Part shown: one piece after another, positions 20,045 to 30,450 of the stretch
How positions within the stretch are numbered: position 1 is the first letter of the stretch
Layout: the number at the start of each line of letters is the position of its first letter
DNA from: an uncultured Bacteroidaceae bacterium
Lineage (GTDB): Bacteria; Bacillota; Clostridia; Christensenellales; CAG-917
Direction of reading: 5' to 3'
Assembly (NCBI GenBank): GCA_964414205.1
Contig: CAYPVP010000004.1
Span: 1 to 47,083, forward strand
DNA: 47,083 bases
Position numbers and translations under genes: made by a program
Notes under the pieces: model-generated
What the model saw: the letters and a program-made list of their open reading frames with translations, nothing else
Database searches by the model: none
Told to the model about the DNA's origin: nothing

Positions 20045-21085
20045 ATGCGAGAATTTTTCATATATTTTTTGAAAACAAAGTTTGATGAAACTGAAATGCT
20101 TGGCAAAAAAATAAGCGAGTTTTTGCTTGAAGAATTTGAAAACTGCAATTTTCAAATTGCAGACAACATCAAACAGCCTTTGACAAATCCAGGAAATGTC
20201 GACTACATAGCCATTGTTCCTATGAACATGGCAATTTTGACTGTCAAAGAACTTGAAAAACTGATTGCCAACATGTGGAAGCAAGATATTGACCATGTTG
20301 AAATTGGCGAGGGAGAAATTTTTAAAGTCAACGGAAAGCCACGAAAATGCTCCTATTTTGTCAACAGTGATGGTTTTTTGCAAATGAATGATGCAAAATC
20401 ATTTGAATTGATGTATAATGTTATGCGAGAAAGAATTGTTTTTCAGCATTTGGAAAAAGGTGTCAAAATCTTTGATTTGGTCACCACTCACATTGATGCG
20501 ACAGTGGAAATTGAGTCTGGCGCAGAAATTTTGCCTTTTTCAAGATTGACAGGAAAAACAATTTTGAAAAAAAACAGCAGGGTGTCAGCATCTTTTTTGC
20601 ACAACACTGTTGTTAAAAATGGTGCAAAAATTGAAATGTCACACATTGTTGACAGCGAAATTGGAGAAAATTCTACAATTGGACCTTTTGCACGACTGCG
20701 ACAGGCGAAAATTGGAAAAAATGCTCGTGTAGGCGATTTTGTTGAAATCAAAGGAAGTGACTTTGGAAATGAAAGCAAAGTTGCTCATTTGACCTATATT
20801 GGAGATGCAGATGTTGGCACAAAGGTCAATGTTGGGTGTGGAACTGTTTTTTGCAACTATGATGGCAAATTGAAGCATAAAACACAGGTTGGTGACAACT
20901 GCTTTATTGGAGCAAATACCAATTTGATTGCACCACTCAAAATAGGAAAAGATTGTTTTGTGGCTGCGGGAACAACTGTGACTGAAAATGTTGATGACGG
21001 AAGTTTTGTCATTTCAAGAGTTAAGCAAAAAACCAGTGAAAGAAGCGACCACTTGACGGAAAGTAACAACAAAAAAATTGATTGA
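20045..21085 (+). CDS. glmU: GlmU-like protein: intact acetyltransferase beta-helix, degenerate N-terminal domain
   Basis: [36 protein letters not shown]; no LAAGxGTRM motif. Confidence 0.8.
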   Translation: MREFFIYFLKTKFDETEMLGKKISEFLLEEFENCNFQIADNIKQPLTNPGNVDYIAIVPMNMAILTVKELEKLIANMWKQDIDHVEIGEGEIFKVNGKPRKCSYFVNSDGFLQMNDAKSFELMYNVMRERIVFQHLEKGVKIFDLVTTHIDATVEIESGAEILPFSRLTGKTILKKNSRVSASFLHNTVVKNGAKIEMSHIVDSEIGENSTIGPFARLRQAKIGKNARVGDFVEIKGSDFGNESKVAHLTYIGDADVGTKVNVGCGTVFCNYDGKLKHKTQVGDNCFIGANTNLIAPLKIGKDCFVAAGTTVTENVDDGSFVISRVKQKTSERSDHLTESNNKKID

Positions 21086-21322
21086 CGAATTTTTGTTGAA
21101 AACAAATTAAAATTGAATAAACTCCACACAACATTGAACATTTGAAAACAATATATTGAAACAAAATGCGAAAACTGAAAATTAGAAATAGCATCAATAT
21201 GCAATAATCAAAAATTAAAGTTAGTGACATAAATATATGGCAAAAATGCAATGAAAAGATTGCAAATCGAAAAACAAAGAAAAAATTTTTAACAAAATTA
21301 TATGCAAAGGAAAGTTGACGAC

Positions 21323-21898
21323 ATGAAATTGATTGTAGGACTTGGAAATCCAACAGACAAATATGAAAACACCTATCACAATTTGGGCTTTATGACCATT
21401 GATAGGCTTGCTGAAAAAATGAATTTGAAAATTAAAAACGCTGATTGCCAATCATTGACGGCTGTAACTTCTGTCAATGGTGAAACAGTTGTGCTTGCAA
21501 AACCTCAAACCTACATGAATTTGTCAGGTGTGGCTGTCAAGAGTTTGGCAAAAAAATTTGGCGCATCTGATGAGGACATTTTTGTTGCATTTGATGACTG
21601 CGACATTGACCTTGGACAAGTGAAAATCAAAGCCGATGGAAGTGGTGGCACACACAACGGAATGAAGAACATTGTAAGCGAATTGCAATCAAAAAACTTC
21701 AAACGAATCAAAATTGGTTTTAAAGATGAACTGATTGCCGAAAGAAGAATCAACATTGTGGACAAAGTTTTGTCAAAAATCTCAAAAAAAGACAAAGATA
21801 TTTTGGACAAATCGATTGATGTTGCAAGTGATTCACTTTTAAGGTTTGTTGAAGGTGTTGCATTTGACAAAATTCAAGCAGAAGTGAACAAAAGATGA
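21323..21898 (+). CDS. pth: Peptidyl-tRNA hydrolase
   Basis: IVGLGNP, HNLGF, KPQTYMNLSG, HNG. Confidence 0.97.
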   Translation: MKLIVGLGNPTDKYENTYHNLGFMTIDRLAEKMNLKIKNADCQSLTAVTSVNGETVVLAKPQTYMNLSGVAVKSLAKKFGASDEDIFVAFDDCDIDLGQVKIKADGSGGTHNGMKNIVSELQSKNFKRIKIGFKDELIAERRINIVDKVLSKISKKDKDILDKSIDVASDSLLRFVEGVAFDKIQAEVNKR

Positions 21899-24800
21899 AC
21901 AAAGACTTTTTGAAATTTGAAAACATTGGTGGAACACTCAAACAGTTTCAGACGGAAATTCGCAAAAATAGCACCTACAAGGGCAGGCAATTTCCTGCTG
22001 TTTCGCTTTTCAAATTGACTGATGGTGCAAAAAACCACATCATTTCTCAAATTGATGGTCAAAAATTGCTTGTTGTTGCTGACAAATTGCAAGCAAGAAA
22101 CATGGTTGACCATTTGAATGGCATTGAAGAAGGCTCTGCTGTTTTGATTGCAGAAAGAGATGACACTCTTTTGAATGTAAAAACAATTTCAAATGAAAAT
22201 TTGTCGGAGCGAATTCATGCTCTTTCAAAACTTTTGTCACATGAGGCAAAAATTGGAGTTGTTTCAGCAGAAGGTTTGTTGCAAAAATATGCCGAACCAA
22301 AGTTGTTTGAAAAAATGCAAATTTCAATTTCAAAAGGTGATGCTTTTGGGCTTGAAAATTTGCTGAACAAACTTGCACAATCAGGCTATTCTAGACAAGA
22401 AAGAGTTGGAGAGTTTGGAGATTTTTCTGTTCGAGGCGACATTGTAGACATTTTTCCAATGGGAGAAAAGTCACCTGTTAGAATAAGTTTTTTTGATGAC
22501 GAAGTGGAAGAAATCAAACTTTTTGATTTGGAAACTATGTCTTCAAAATCTGAACTTGAAAAAATTTTCATTTCACCTGCATCTGACATTTTGGTTGATG
22601 AAAACGCTCTTGCTGACATTGTGGAAAATGATGAGCAAATGCCTGACCATGCAAAGTTTATTTTCAGAGAACTTCAAACACGAACAAATGTTGGAGCATG
22701 TCCAAGTGGACTTGTTTGGCTTAGACCTTTTTTGAAAACTGCCCAATCTTCAATTTTAGAATTTTTTGAAAAAGGTTCTGTTGTCATTTTTGATGAGCCA
22801 AAACTTGTTTATGAAAAACTTGGACTGTTGATGCAAGAGCATGAATCAAGGGTCAAGGCACTTTTGGAAGAAGGCGAAATTTCTGCCAAACACAAAGATG
22901 CAATTTTTGATGTTGAAACTGTTTTCAAAAAACTCAATGATTTCAAATTGCTCAGCCTTGCAACTTTCAACACAACCAATCAAATTTTCAAACCAACCGA
23001 AATTTTCAATTTGAATGCTCGCCCAGTCACCAAATACTACTTGGACACAAAATCGCTGATTGTTGATGTCAGAAACTATGTCATCAACAATTTCAAAGTC
23101 ATTTTGTGTGTCCGTTCCGAAGACACAAAAAAAGCAATTTTTGACACTTTGAGAGAAGAAAATTGCCCGATTTCAACAAATGGCGAACCTCAATTTGGAA
23201 AAGCGATTTTGACATCAAATGGTGTCGAAGAAGGCTTTTTGTATCCAGAAGAAAAAATTGTTGTGGTTGGTGCAAGTGAACTTTCTGGCAGAAAGCACGG
23301 CACAAAAAAAGTTTCAATGAAAAGCAATGTCATCGACATCAAAGAGGGCGATTTTGTCGTCCATTCGGTGCATGGCGTTGGAATTTGTGTTGGAACAACA
23401 AGAATGAAAATTTCTGACTATGAAAAAGAATGCATAGTTTTGAAATATAAAAACGATGATTTGCTTTATGTTTCCACAGACCAAATGGACAACGTTCACA
23501 AATTTATCGGAGAAGACAACCCTCCACTCAACAAACTTGGTGGCAAAGAGTTTTTTAGAGAAAAAGAAAAAGTCAAGAAAAGTGTCAGAAAACTCGCCAT
23601 TGACCTTTTGCACCTCTATGCCGAAAGAGAGAAAAATGTTGGATATAAATATCCTGTTGACACAGAGTGGCAAGTTGAATTTGAAGATGCTTTCCCCTAT
23701 GATGAAACTCCTGACCAAATGGAAGCAATCAACACAATCAAAAAAGAAATGGAGAGTGGAAAAATTGTTGACAGACTGGTTTGTGGTGATGTTGGCTTTG
23801 GAAAAACCGAAGTTGCAATTCGCATCATTTTCAAAACTATTTTGGAAAACAAGCAAGCCGTATTGCTTGCGCCAACCACAATTTTGTGCAAGCAACACTA
23901 TGAATTGTTGAACGAAAGATTGAAACCTTTTGGCATTGAATGTGGAATGTTGTCAAGACTTCAAACGCAACAAGAAAACAAGTTGACATTGAAGCGACTT
24001 GAAGAAGGCTCTTTGCACGTTGTTGTGGGAACGCACAGGTTGTTGTCAAAAGATGTAGGCTTTCATGATTTAGGACTGCTTGTTTTGGACGAAGAACAAC
24101 GATTTGGTGTTGAACACAAAGAAAAATTGAAAAACAGATTTCCAAAAATCAATGTTGTGACCCTGTCGGCGACTCCAATTCCTAGAACGCTAAACATGGC
24201 ATTGACAGGAGTCAGGGACATCAGTTTGTTGGAAACTGCTCCAAAAGGTCGTTTGCCAGTTCAAACCTATGTTGTGGAATTTTCTGATGCACTTTGCAAA
24301 GATGCAATTTCTCGTGAACTCGCTCGGGGTGGACAAGTTTTGATTTTGTTCAACAGTGTTGAGCATATCGGAATTTTTGCACATGATTTGCAAATGAAAA
24401 TTCCCGAAGCAAAAATTTTGTTTGCACACGGCCAAATGGCGCCACTTGAACTTGAAAACAAAATCACTGCATTTTATGAAAAAAAATATGATGTGTTGAT
24501 TTCAACGACAATCATTGAAAATGGAATCGATTTGCCAGATGCAAACACTCTTATTGTTGTTGACAGCGAACACTTTGGCTTGTCGCAACTGTATCAACTG
24601 CGTGGTCGTGTTGGGCGTCGTGGAGCATTGGCTCATGCCTATTTCACAGTTCCTAGGGCCAATCAAATTTCTGAAATTGCTGTGAAAAGGTTGAATGCTT
24701 TGATGGACAACACTGACATTGGAAGTGGCTATCGAATTTCCATTGCCGATTTGTCAATTAGGGGTGCTGGAACAATGCTTGGTGCAGAACAGCACGGACA

Positions 24801-25323
24801 CATTGAACATGTCGGCTATGAAATGTATGTCGATTTGCTCAACAAGACGATTCAAGAAATCAAAACTGGCAAACCTATGGAAGACGAAAACATTGAATTT
24901 AAGGTTTCAGCCTCTGCCTACATTCGCAATGACTATGTTTCATCTCGTGATAAACTGCGAATCTACAAGCGAATTTCAAGCGTTACAAGTTTGAGAGAAA
25001 GGGAAGAATTGATTGAAGAACTCACCGACATCTATGGTGATGTTGATGCACCTCTTCGCAATTTGATTGGCATTGCTTTGATGAAAAATTTTGCAATTGG
25101 AAACAATATCAAATCAATCATCATAAACAAAAAAAATGTGGCAATTCAATTCAACAATGAATCTTTGTTTAGAAATCAAAGAATTTTGAATGTGGTTGCT
25201 GATGACAGCAAAAACATTGTCTTGTCGTCAACCATTCCTCCTGCACTCCTTTTCAATCACGAAAACAAAACCCCTGAGGAAAAAATTGAAATGTTGGTGC
25301 AGTTTTTTGCAAAAATTCAATGA
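21895..25323 (+). CDS. mfd: Transcription-repair coupling factor
   Basis: GDVGFGKT, DEEQRFG, SATPIPRT, QLRGRVGR; C-terminal TRCF domain. Confidence 0.98.
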   Translation: MNKDFLKFENIGGTLKQFQTEIRKNSTYKGRQFPAVSLFKLTDGAKNHIISQIDGQKLLVVADKLQARNMVDHLNGIEEGSAVLIAERDDTLLNVKTISNENLSERIHALSKLLSHEAKIGVVSAEGLLQKYAEPKLFEKMQISISKGDAFGLENLLNKLAQSGYSRQERVGEFGDFSVRGDIVDIFPMGEKSPVRISFFDDEVEEIKLFDLETMSSKSELEKIFISPASDILVDENALADIVENDEQMPDHAKFIFRELQTRTNVGACPSGLVWLRPFLKTAQSSILEFFEKGSVVIFDEPKLVYEKLGLLMQEHESRVKALLEEGEISAKHKDAIFDVETVFKKLNDFKLLSLATFNTTNQIFKPTEIFNLNARPVTKYYLDTKSLIVDVRNYVINNFKVILCVRSEDTKKAIFDTLREENCPISTNGEPQFGKAILTSNGVEEGFLYPEEKIVVVGASELSGRKHGTKKVSMKSNVIDIKEGDFVVHSVHGVGICVGTTRMKISDYEKECIVLKYKNDDLLYVSTDQMDNVHKFIGEDNPPLNKLGGKEFFREKEKVKKSVRKLAIDLLHLYAEREKNVGYKYPVDTEWQVEFEDAFPYDETPDQMEAINTIKKEMESGKIVDRLVCGDVGFGKTEVAIRIIFKTILENKQAVLLAPTTILCKQHYELLNERLKPFGIECGMLSRLQTQQENKLTLKRLEEGSLHVVVGTHRLLSKDVGFHDLGLLVLDEEQRFGVEHKEKLKNRFPKINVVTLSATPIPRTLNMALTGVRDISLLETAPKGRLPVQTYVVEFSDALCKDAISRELARGGQVLILFNSVEHIGIFAHDLQMKIPEAKILFAHGQMAPLELENKITAFYEKKYDVLISTTIIENGIDLPDANTLIVVDSEHFGLSQLYQLRGRVGRRGALAHAYFTVPRANQISEIAVKRLNALMDNTDIGSGYRISIADLSIRGAGTMLGAEQHGHIEHVGYEMYVDLLNKTIQEIKTGKPMEDENIEFKVSASAYIRNDYVSSRDKLRIYKRISSVTSLREREELIEELTDIYGDVDAPLRNLIGIALMKNFAIGNNIKSIIINKKNVAIQFNNESLFRNQRILNVVADDSKNIVLSSTIPPALLFNHENKTPEEKIEMLVQFFAKIQ

Positions 25324-25412
25324 TTTGCCTTGAATTTTGAGCCAATTTTGAGCCATAAGCAAAAAAAAGTGCATATTGTTTTAAAAAACAAGTAGTTTGT
25401 GAAAAAAATGCC

Positions 25413-25441
25413 TTGCAACAATGCTTGGTTTAGTGTATAAT
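25413..25441 (+). promoter_or_regulatory. sigmaA promoter
   Basis: TTGCAA-N17-TATAAT. Confidence 0.7.
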
Positions 25442-25521
25442 TCTAATGATTATTTATGAAATATGCAAACATGCAAAATGCCTTTCAAAAGACGGCAAAT
25501 TGCATGCATGGAGAATTTTTG

Positions 25522-27897
25522 ATGAAGAAAAAAATTATGGCTGTAATGTTGGTCTTTTCAATGCTAGCGATGACTTTTGCTGGATGCACCGACATAATAA
25601 AGAAGAATGAAGGAAGAGATTTCAATCAAATCATTTCTTCGGTCACCTACACCACAAAATATGATGACAAAGTTTACAATATGTCATCATCAATTAGCAA
25701 AGGTGATTTTGTTTTGTCTTTCAACAGCAATGCTGCCATGTATATGCAATATTATGGAATGACAAAAGAACAAGCAGCAGAATACATTTTGAAGTCAATG
25801 TCTCAAAAAGAATTGATGACTCTTTTTGCAAAAGCATATGTCATCAAAAACGGAATTGAGGGAACAAGCAAAACTTTGAATCCTGAAAATTCTTCAAACA
25901 AAGAAGTTTTGACAAACGCTGAAATTGACAAAGCAATCAAGGCAACAAACAAAGAAATGAAGTCTGCACTTGATTCAATCATTGAACAAATCATTTCTGA
26001 TGAGTCAAAAAATAGTGGTGACACCACAACAGAAAAAATAGAAGATTCTTCAAAAGATGAAGTCACAAACAGAGTCATTTTTGACAGCAAAGGTGGTTCT
26101 AGTGTTGATGATGTCATTGTTGGCAAAGGCAAAAAGGTCATCAAACCTGCAAACCCAACAAAAACAGACTACACTTTTGGTGGTTGGTATTTGATGGAAA
26201 AAAATGCTAACGGCGACTATGTTGAAACTGAAACAAAATTCATTTTCACTGGCGACAAAGCAATGACCATCAATGCTCGCACTTATTTGTATGCAAAATG
26301 GTTGCCATACAAAGCACCTCGTGTTCAACTTCCAAAAGCAACCGAATATGAAGAAGAATTTGACCCAATGAAAGAAGTTGCAACTGAAAACATAGAAAAA
26401 GAATTTTTTGATGAAAAATATCAAGTTTCAACAAACAAATTGTGGGATTTTGAAACAATCAAAAACAAAATCACAGTTGATGATGAAAAGTTTACAACAG
26501 AAGACGCAGTCAAAGCAGAAAAAGAAAGAAAACTTGCTGTTTACATTTCAGAAGGGCTTGCCAAACTTCAAAAGAACATGAAAGCAAACTATCGTGATTA
26601 TAACTACTATTTGAACGAAAAATACAAATCAGTTTTGCTTGAAAAATTCCAAAGAGCAGCAGAAGGTGCTCCAACTGTTTCACAACAAGAAATTCAAAAA
26701 GAATTTGACAAAGTTGTTGCTCAAAACAAAGAAACTTTCAAAGATGATGACAAAACAAAATATGAAAACGCATTGAAAACTTCTTTGACTTCAACCTATT
26801 TTCATTCAATGACTGGCGACAAAGCATATGCCTTTACAAGCAACATTTTGTTGAAATTTGATGCTGAAACATTGAAGAAATTGACTGACATTGTGTCAGG
26901 ACCTGATGGAGCAAATGCTGAACAAATCAAAAAATATCGTGATGAACTTGCTCAATCATTCAAAGTCAAAGTTTCAAACCCATATTATGATGCTGAGGCA
27001 AAATGTGATGTTCATGAATGTTCTGATGCTTCATGCGACCCAATGACATGCCCTGAACATACTTGCAATCAGGCAGACAAAAACTCAGCAGAGGACTACA
27101 AACAAATTGTAAAATTTGAAATTGTCGACGGCAAACCACAAATCACTTTCAGTGTCAAAGAAGAAAACAACTGCAAGACAATGGCATATCTTTTGACTTC
27201 TGTTGATGCTTTTGGTGCTGATGGAATTGTTCAACAAATCAAAAACTCTTTGGACAGTGTCAAAAACAATGCAACTCTTTCACCTGTTGAAAAAACATAT
27301 TGGTTGAATGAAGTTTACAAAACTTGGTTGTATCTTGTTGGCGATGACACAGGTGGAACAAACACTGAATCAAACAACAAAGGAAAAGGCTATTTGATTT
27401 CAGGGGAAGGCACTTCTGGTTATATTTCTGAATATACCGACCAAGCAAGAGAATTGATGAAAAAGGGAACAGGAACATACACAACTGACGGAACAACTGA
27501 TGGAATGTATGTTGTTGGCGACAACTTTATTGATGAAAAACAAACTTCAAATGCCTATGCAGGAATTTTTATCATTCTCATCACTGAAATGCCATATGAT
27601 GCTGTAAACTACAAGGCAACAACTGGAAACGACTTGCCAACTGGTGACAATCTTGGAAATCTTTCACTTGACTATGTCATTTCTATCACTCGTGATTTTG
27701 AAGGAATTCATGGAAATACAATTCAAAAGTTGATAGAAGAAAAATTGATTGAAGGAAAGAAATTTGTCAACTACAACAAAATTGTAAATGATTTCTTGCA
27801 AAACAAAATGAAAGATGAAAATGATGAATATACTGATTTTGGAAAATTTGAAATCAACACAAAATTGTTCAACGAATTTCTTGGAATTAAAGGCTAG
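25522..27897 (+). CDS. Large lipoprotein, divergent PrsA/SurA-like foldase with an InlB B-repeat insertion
   Basis: GGAG RBS; lipobox FAGC; FDSKGGS..P.NPTKTDYTFGGWY..LYAKW B-repeat; parvulin-like remnants; located after mfd. Confidence 0.7.
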   Translation: MKKKIMAVMLVFSMLAMTFAGCTDIIKKNEGRDFNQIISSVTYTTKYDDKVYNMSSSISKGDFVLSFNSNAAMYMQYYGMTKEQAAEYILKSMSQKELMTLFAKAYVIKNGIEGTSKTLNPENSSNKEVLTNAEIDKAIKATNKEMKSALDSIIEQIISDESKNSGDTTTEKIEDSSKDEVTNRVIFDSKGGSSVDDVIVGKGKKVIKPANPTKTDYTFGGWYLMEKNANGDYVETETKFIFTGDKAMTINARTYLYAKWLPYKAPRVQLPKATEYEEEFDPMKEVATENIEKEFFDEKYQVSTNKLWDFETIKNKITVDDEKFTTEDAVKAEKERKLAVYISEGLAKLQKNMKANYRDYNYYLNEKYKSVLLEKFQRAAEGAPTVSQQEIQKEFDKVVAQNKETFKDDDKTKYENALKTSLTSTYFHSMTGDKAYAFTSNILLKFDAETLKKLTDIVSGPDGANAEQIKKYRDELAQSFKVKVSNPYYDAEAKCDVHECSDASCDPMTCPEHTCNQADKNSAEDYKQIVKFEIVDGKPQITFSVKEENNCKTMAYLLTSVDAFGADGIVQQIKNSLDSVKNNATLSPVEKTYWLNEVYKTWLYLVGDDTGGTNTESNNKGKGYLISGEGTSGYISEYTDQARELMKKGTGTYTTDGTTDGMYVVGDNFIDEKQTSNAYAGIFIILITEMPYDAVNYKATTGNDLPTGDNLGNLSLDYVISITRDFEGIHGNTIQKLIEEKLIEGKKFVNYNKIVNDFLQNKMKDENDEYTDFGKFEINTKLFNEFLGIKG

Positions 27898-27924
27898 GTT
27901 TTGAACATATAGACAACAAAACAT

Positions 27925-27951
27925 AAAAAGCAACCATCAAGGTTGCTTTTT
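27925..27951. terminator. Bidirectional terminator between convergent genes
   Basis: AAAAAGCAACC-ATCAA-GGTTGCTTTTT; overlaps the yabQ stop codon. Confidence 0.8.
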
Positions 27952-28443
27952 TGATTTTCGCATGTCCACAATTTCATATGTTGTTTGGAAATTTTGTTGT
28001 GGAGATTGAGTTGTTTGTGTTGATTTTGTTGACTTGTTGTTTTTTAAAATTGTTTTTTCTTTACGGCTTTTGTGAATGTTAGTTTCTTTTTCTTTATGCA
28101 TTTTGTGAATGTGAGAAGGTTTTTCTTTTCGTTTTTTGAGTTTGTAGATTTTTGCAACTTTGAGTTTTGGAAAAAATTTTCCTAGCCCTTCATACATCAG
28201 CAAAAAACCAAGAAATTGGGAAACTAGTTGGTGAAATTGGAAACCGTATTGGCACTGTGTTTCCCCAATGAAAAATGTTGAAACTGCAAACCCTGAAATG
28301 AAAATCAAATCTACAATCCAGCGAATGGCAATCAAAAGAGGAATTTGTTTTGTTGCTATCCAAACCAATGAAAAGCCAACTCCCATTGCAAAAAAAATCA
28401 ATGCTTCCAAAAGTTGAACTTGTGCGTTTGCTCCTGAAATCAT
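27937..28443 (-). CDS. yabQ: Spore cortex biosynthesis protein YabQ-like
   Basis: Three hydrophobic segments with a IVDLIF motif; ATGA overlap with yabP. Confidence 0.65.
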   Translation of the reverse strand: MISGANAQVQLLEALIFFAMGVGFSLVWIATKQIPLLIAIRWIVDLIFISGFAVSTFFIGETQCQYGFQFHQLVSQFLGFLLMYEGLGKFFPKLKVAKIYKLKKRKEKPSHIHKMHKEKETNIHKSRKEKTILKNNKSTKSTQTTQSPQQNFQTTYEIVDMRKSKKQP

Positions 28444-28712
28444 TTGAACACCTTTTTCAAAAATGTTGTTGCAGAATGTTTTTGCGTGTATTTCAAGGAC
28501 AAAATTTTTCCTGTTGCTGATGCAATTCCACTTTCAAGGTCGATTGATGTTACATTCAGATTTTCTCCTCCAATCACAAGATTTTGCTCGTCAAGTTCAA
28601 CAAGAATTGATTTTTCGTTGAAAGTGGGAACATTGACCACGCCTGTCATAGAAATTGCTTTGTTGTTTTCTAATTTTACATTATGAATTCTTTTAACTTT
28701 TTTTTCTTCCAT
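28440..28712 (-). CDS. yabP: Sporulation protein YabP
   Basis: H.VKLEN..ISMTGV..V..F.E..I....L.I.GENL.V...DLE.G.....G.I.SL.Y pattern. Confidence 0.88.
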   Translation of the reverse strand: MEEKKVKRIHNVKLENNKAISMTGVVNVPTFNEKSILVELDEQNLVIGGENLNVTSIDLESGIASATGKILSLKYTQKHSATTFLKKVFK

Positions 28713-28920
28713 AATTTCGCTCCATTGCTTGTTGCTAATGTTTATTCAAAAATGTGCAATTCTATGAAAAAATATATAAAGTTGTTGGTATAAAGTCAAA
28801 ATGTGCATAACAAATTTGAAAATGAATTTTTATATGAAAGAGTGATAAATTGTGATAAAAAACGCAAAGTTGGTGACAAAAGTCTAAAAATCTTGATTGC
28901 ATGTTTAATCAACAGTGATG

Positions 28921-28949
28921 TTGACATCATTGTGTATGTGGAGTAAAAT
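28921..28949 (+). promoter_or_regulatory. sigmaA promoter
   Basis: TTGACA-N17-TAAAAT. Confidence 0.65.
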
Positions 28950-29001
28950 TATAATATTATTTTGGGGAATTTTGGTTGCTTCAAAAAAACATAGGTGAAG
29001 A

Positions 29002-30450
29002 ATGACGATTGATGACAAAACAAAAATTTTAGAAAATCTAGAATCTGCAAAAATAGAATGTGAAAAAGCAGAAAGCAAAAATGCAAAATGCGAAAAAGCA
29101 GAAAGCGAAAAAACAGAATCTGTAAAAGCAGAAATCAAAAATGCTAATGGAAGAAAGCAAAAATCTTCAAAGCGTGTTTTGAGATGGTATAGATTGGATA
29201 ATTCGGCAAGATTATATCCAAGTTTAATCACCAAAAACACTCAAAGTTTGTTTAGAATTTCTTTTGTTTTGAAAGAAGTCATTGTTCCAGAAATATTGCA
29301 ACAAGCATTGGAAGATACAATTTCAAGGTTCCCAACTTTTTCTGTCAAAATCAAAAGAGGCTTTTTTTGGTATTATTTTGAAGAAAACCAACAACCACTG
29401 AAAATTTTTGAAGATGATGGAGTTTTGCTTGCTCCAATCAAAACAAAAGAAACCAATCACTATTGGTTCAAAATTTCCTATTTCAACAAGAAAATTTCAC
29501 TTGATTGTTTTCATGCTCTTGCAGATGCAGGTGGCTCTTTTGCTTTTTTCAAAACTTTGGTTGCAAGATATGTTGAACTTGGTGGTGTTGAAGTTGGAAA
29601 AGAAAACATTTTGGACATAAACGCATTGCCAACTGAAAGGGAAATTGAAGATTCATTTTTGAAAAATGCAAAAAAAATCAAATTGAAAGACATCGAATTG
29701 AAAAAATTTGCAGGTGAAACACCTTTGAGAATCAGTGGCAAAAGTTTCAAGGCTCACGGATATGGTTCGATTTTGGGAATGATGCCTGTTGCACAAATCA
29801 AAGCAGAGGCGAAAAAACACAATGCAACAATCAACACTTTTTTGTCAGCCGTTTTGATGGAATCACTCATTAGAACTTGTGCAAAAAAGAAAAAGAAAAG
29901 ACCTGTTGTGTTGATGGTTCCAATCGATTTGCGACGCTACTATGGAAGCGAAAGTTTGCGAAATTTTGTTCTTTTCACTCGTGTTTCAATTTTGCCAGAA
30001 GACAATTTGTCTTTTGATGAAATCATTCAAGAATGCGACAGACAATTGAAAGAGGGAACGTCGCTTGAAAGCATTCAATCTCAACTTGACACAACGGTCA
30101 AAAGCACTCAAACATTTGTCTACAAATACATGCCATTGGCTTTGAAATATGCAACTTTGAAAATTGGCAAACTTTTTTTGAAATCTAGACAAACAGTCGT
30201 GTTTTCTAATGCTGGCATAATCAAAATGCCAATGGGCGTTGATTTTGAAAAAGTTGTTGTGCATTTGAATGTCAGCAAAAATACGCCATATGGAATTGGA
30301 GTTGTGTCATACAATGATGAACTTATGGTGTCATTTACAAGAGCCATTGTCGAAACTGAATTGGAAAAAGATTTCTTCACTTCACTTTCAAACATGGGCA
30401 TTGATGTGAAAATTTCATCGAATTTTAGGGAGGAACAAAATGTTTTGTAA
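29002..30450 (+). CDS. Alcohol-acetyltransferase-like (CAT/condensation fold) acyltransferase
   Basis: WYRLDNSA start of the domain; HALADAGG (HxxxD) motif; VPIDLR...SLRNF. Confidence 0.8.
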   Translation: MTIDDKTKILENLESAKIECEKAESKNAKCEKAESEKTESVKAEIKNANGRKQKSSKRVLRWYRLDNSARLYPSLITKNTQSLFRISFVLKEVIVPEILQQALEDTISRFPTFSVKIKRGFFWYYFEENQQPLKIFEDDGVLLAPIKTKETNHYWFKISYFNKKISLDCFHALADAGGSFAFFKTLVARYVELGGVEVGKENILDINALPTEREIEDSFLKNAKKIKLKDIELKKFAGETPLRISGKSFKAHGYGSILGMMPVAQIKAEAKKHNATINTFLSAVLMESLIRTCAKKKKKRPVVLMVPIDLRRYYGSESLRNFVLFTRVSILPEDNLSFDEIIQECDRQLKEGTSLESIQSQLDTTVKSTQTFVYKYMPLALKYATLKIGKLFLKSRQTVVFSNAGIIKMPMGVDFEKVVVHLNVSKNTPYGIGVVSYNDELMVSFTRAIVETELEKDFFTSLSNMGIDVKISSNFREEQNVL

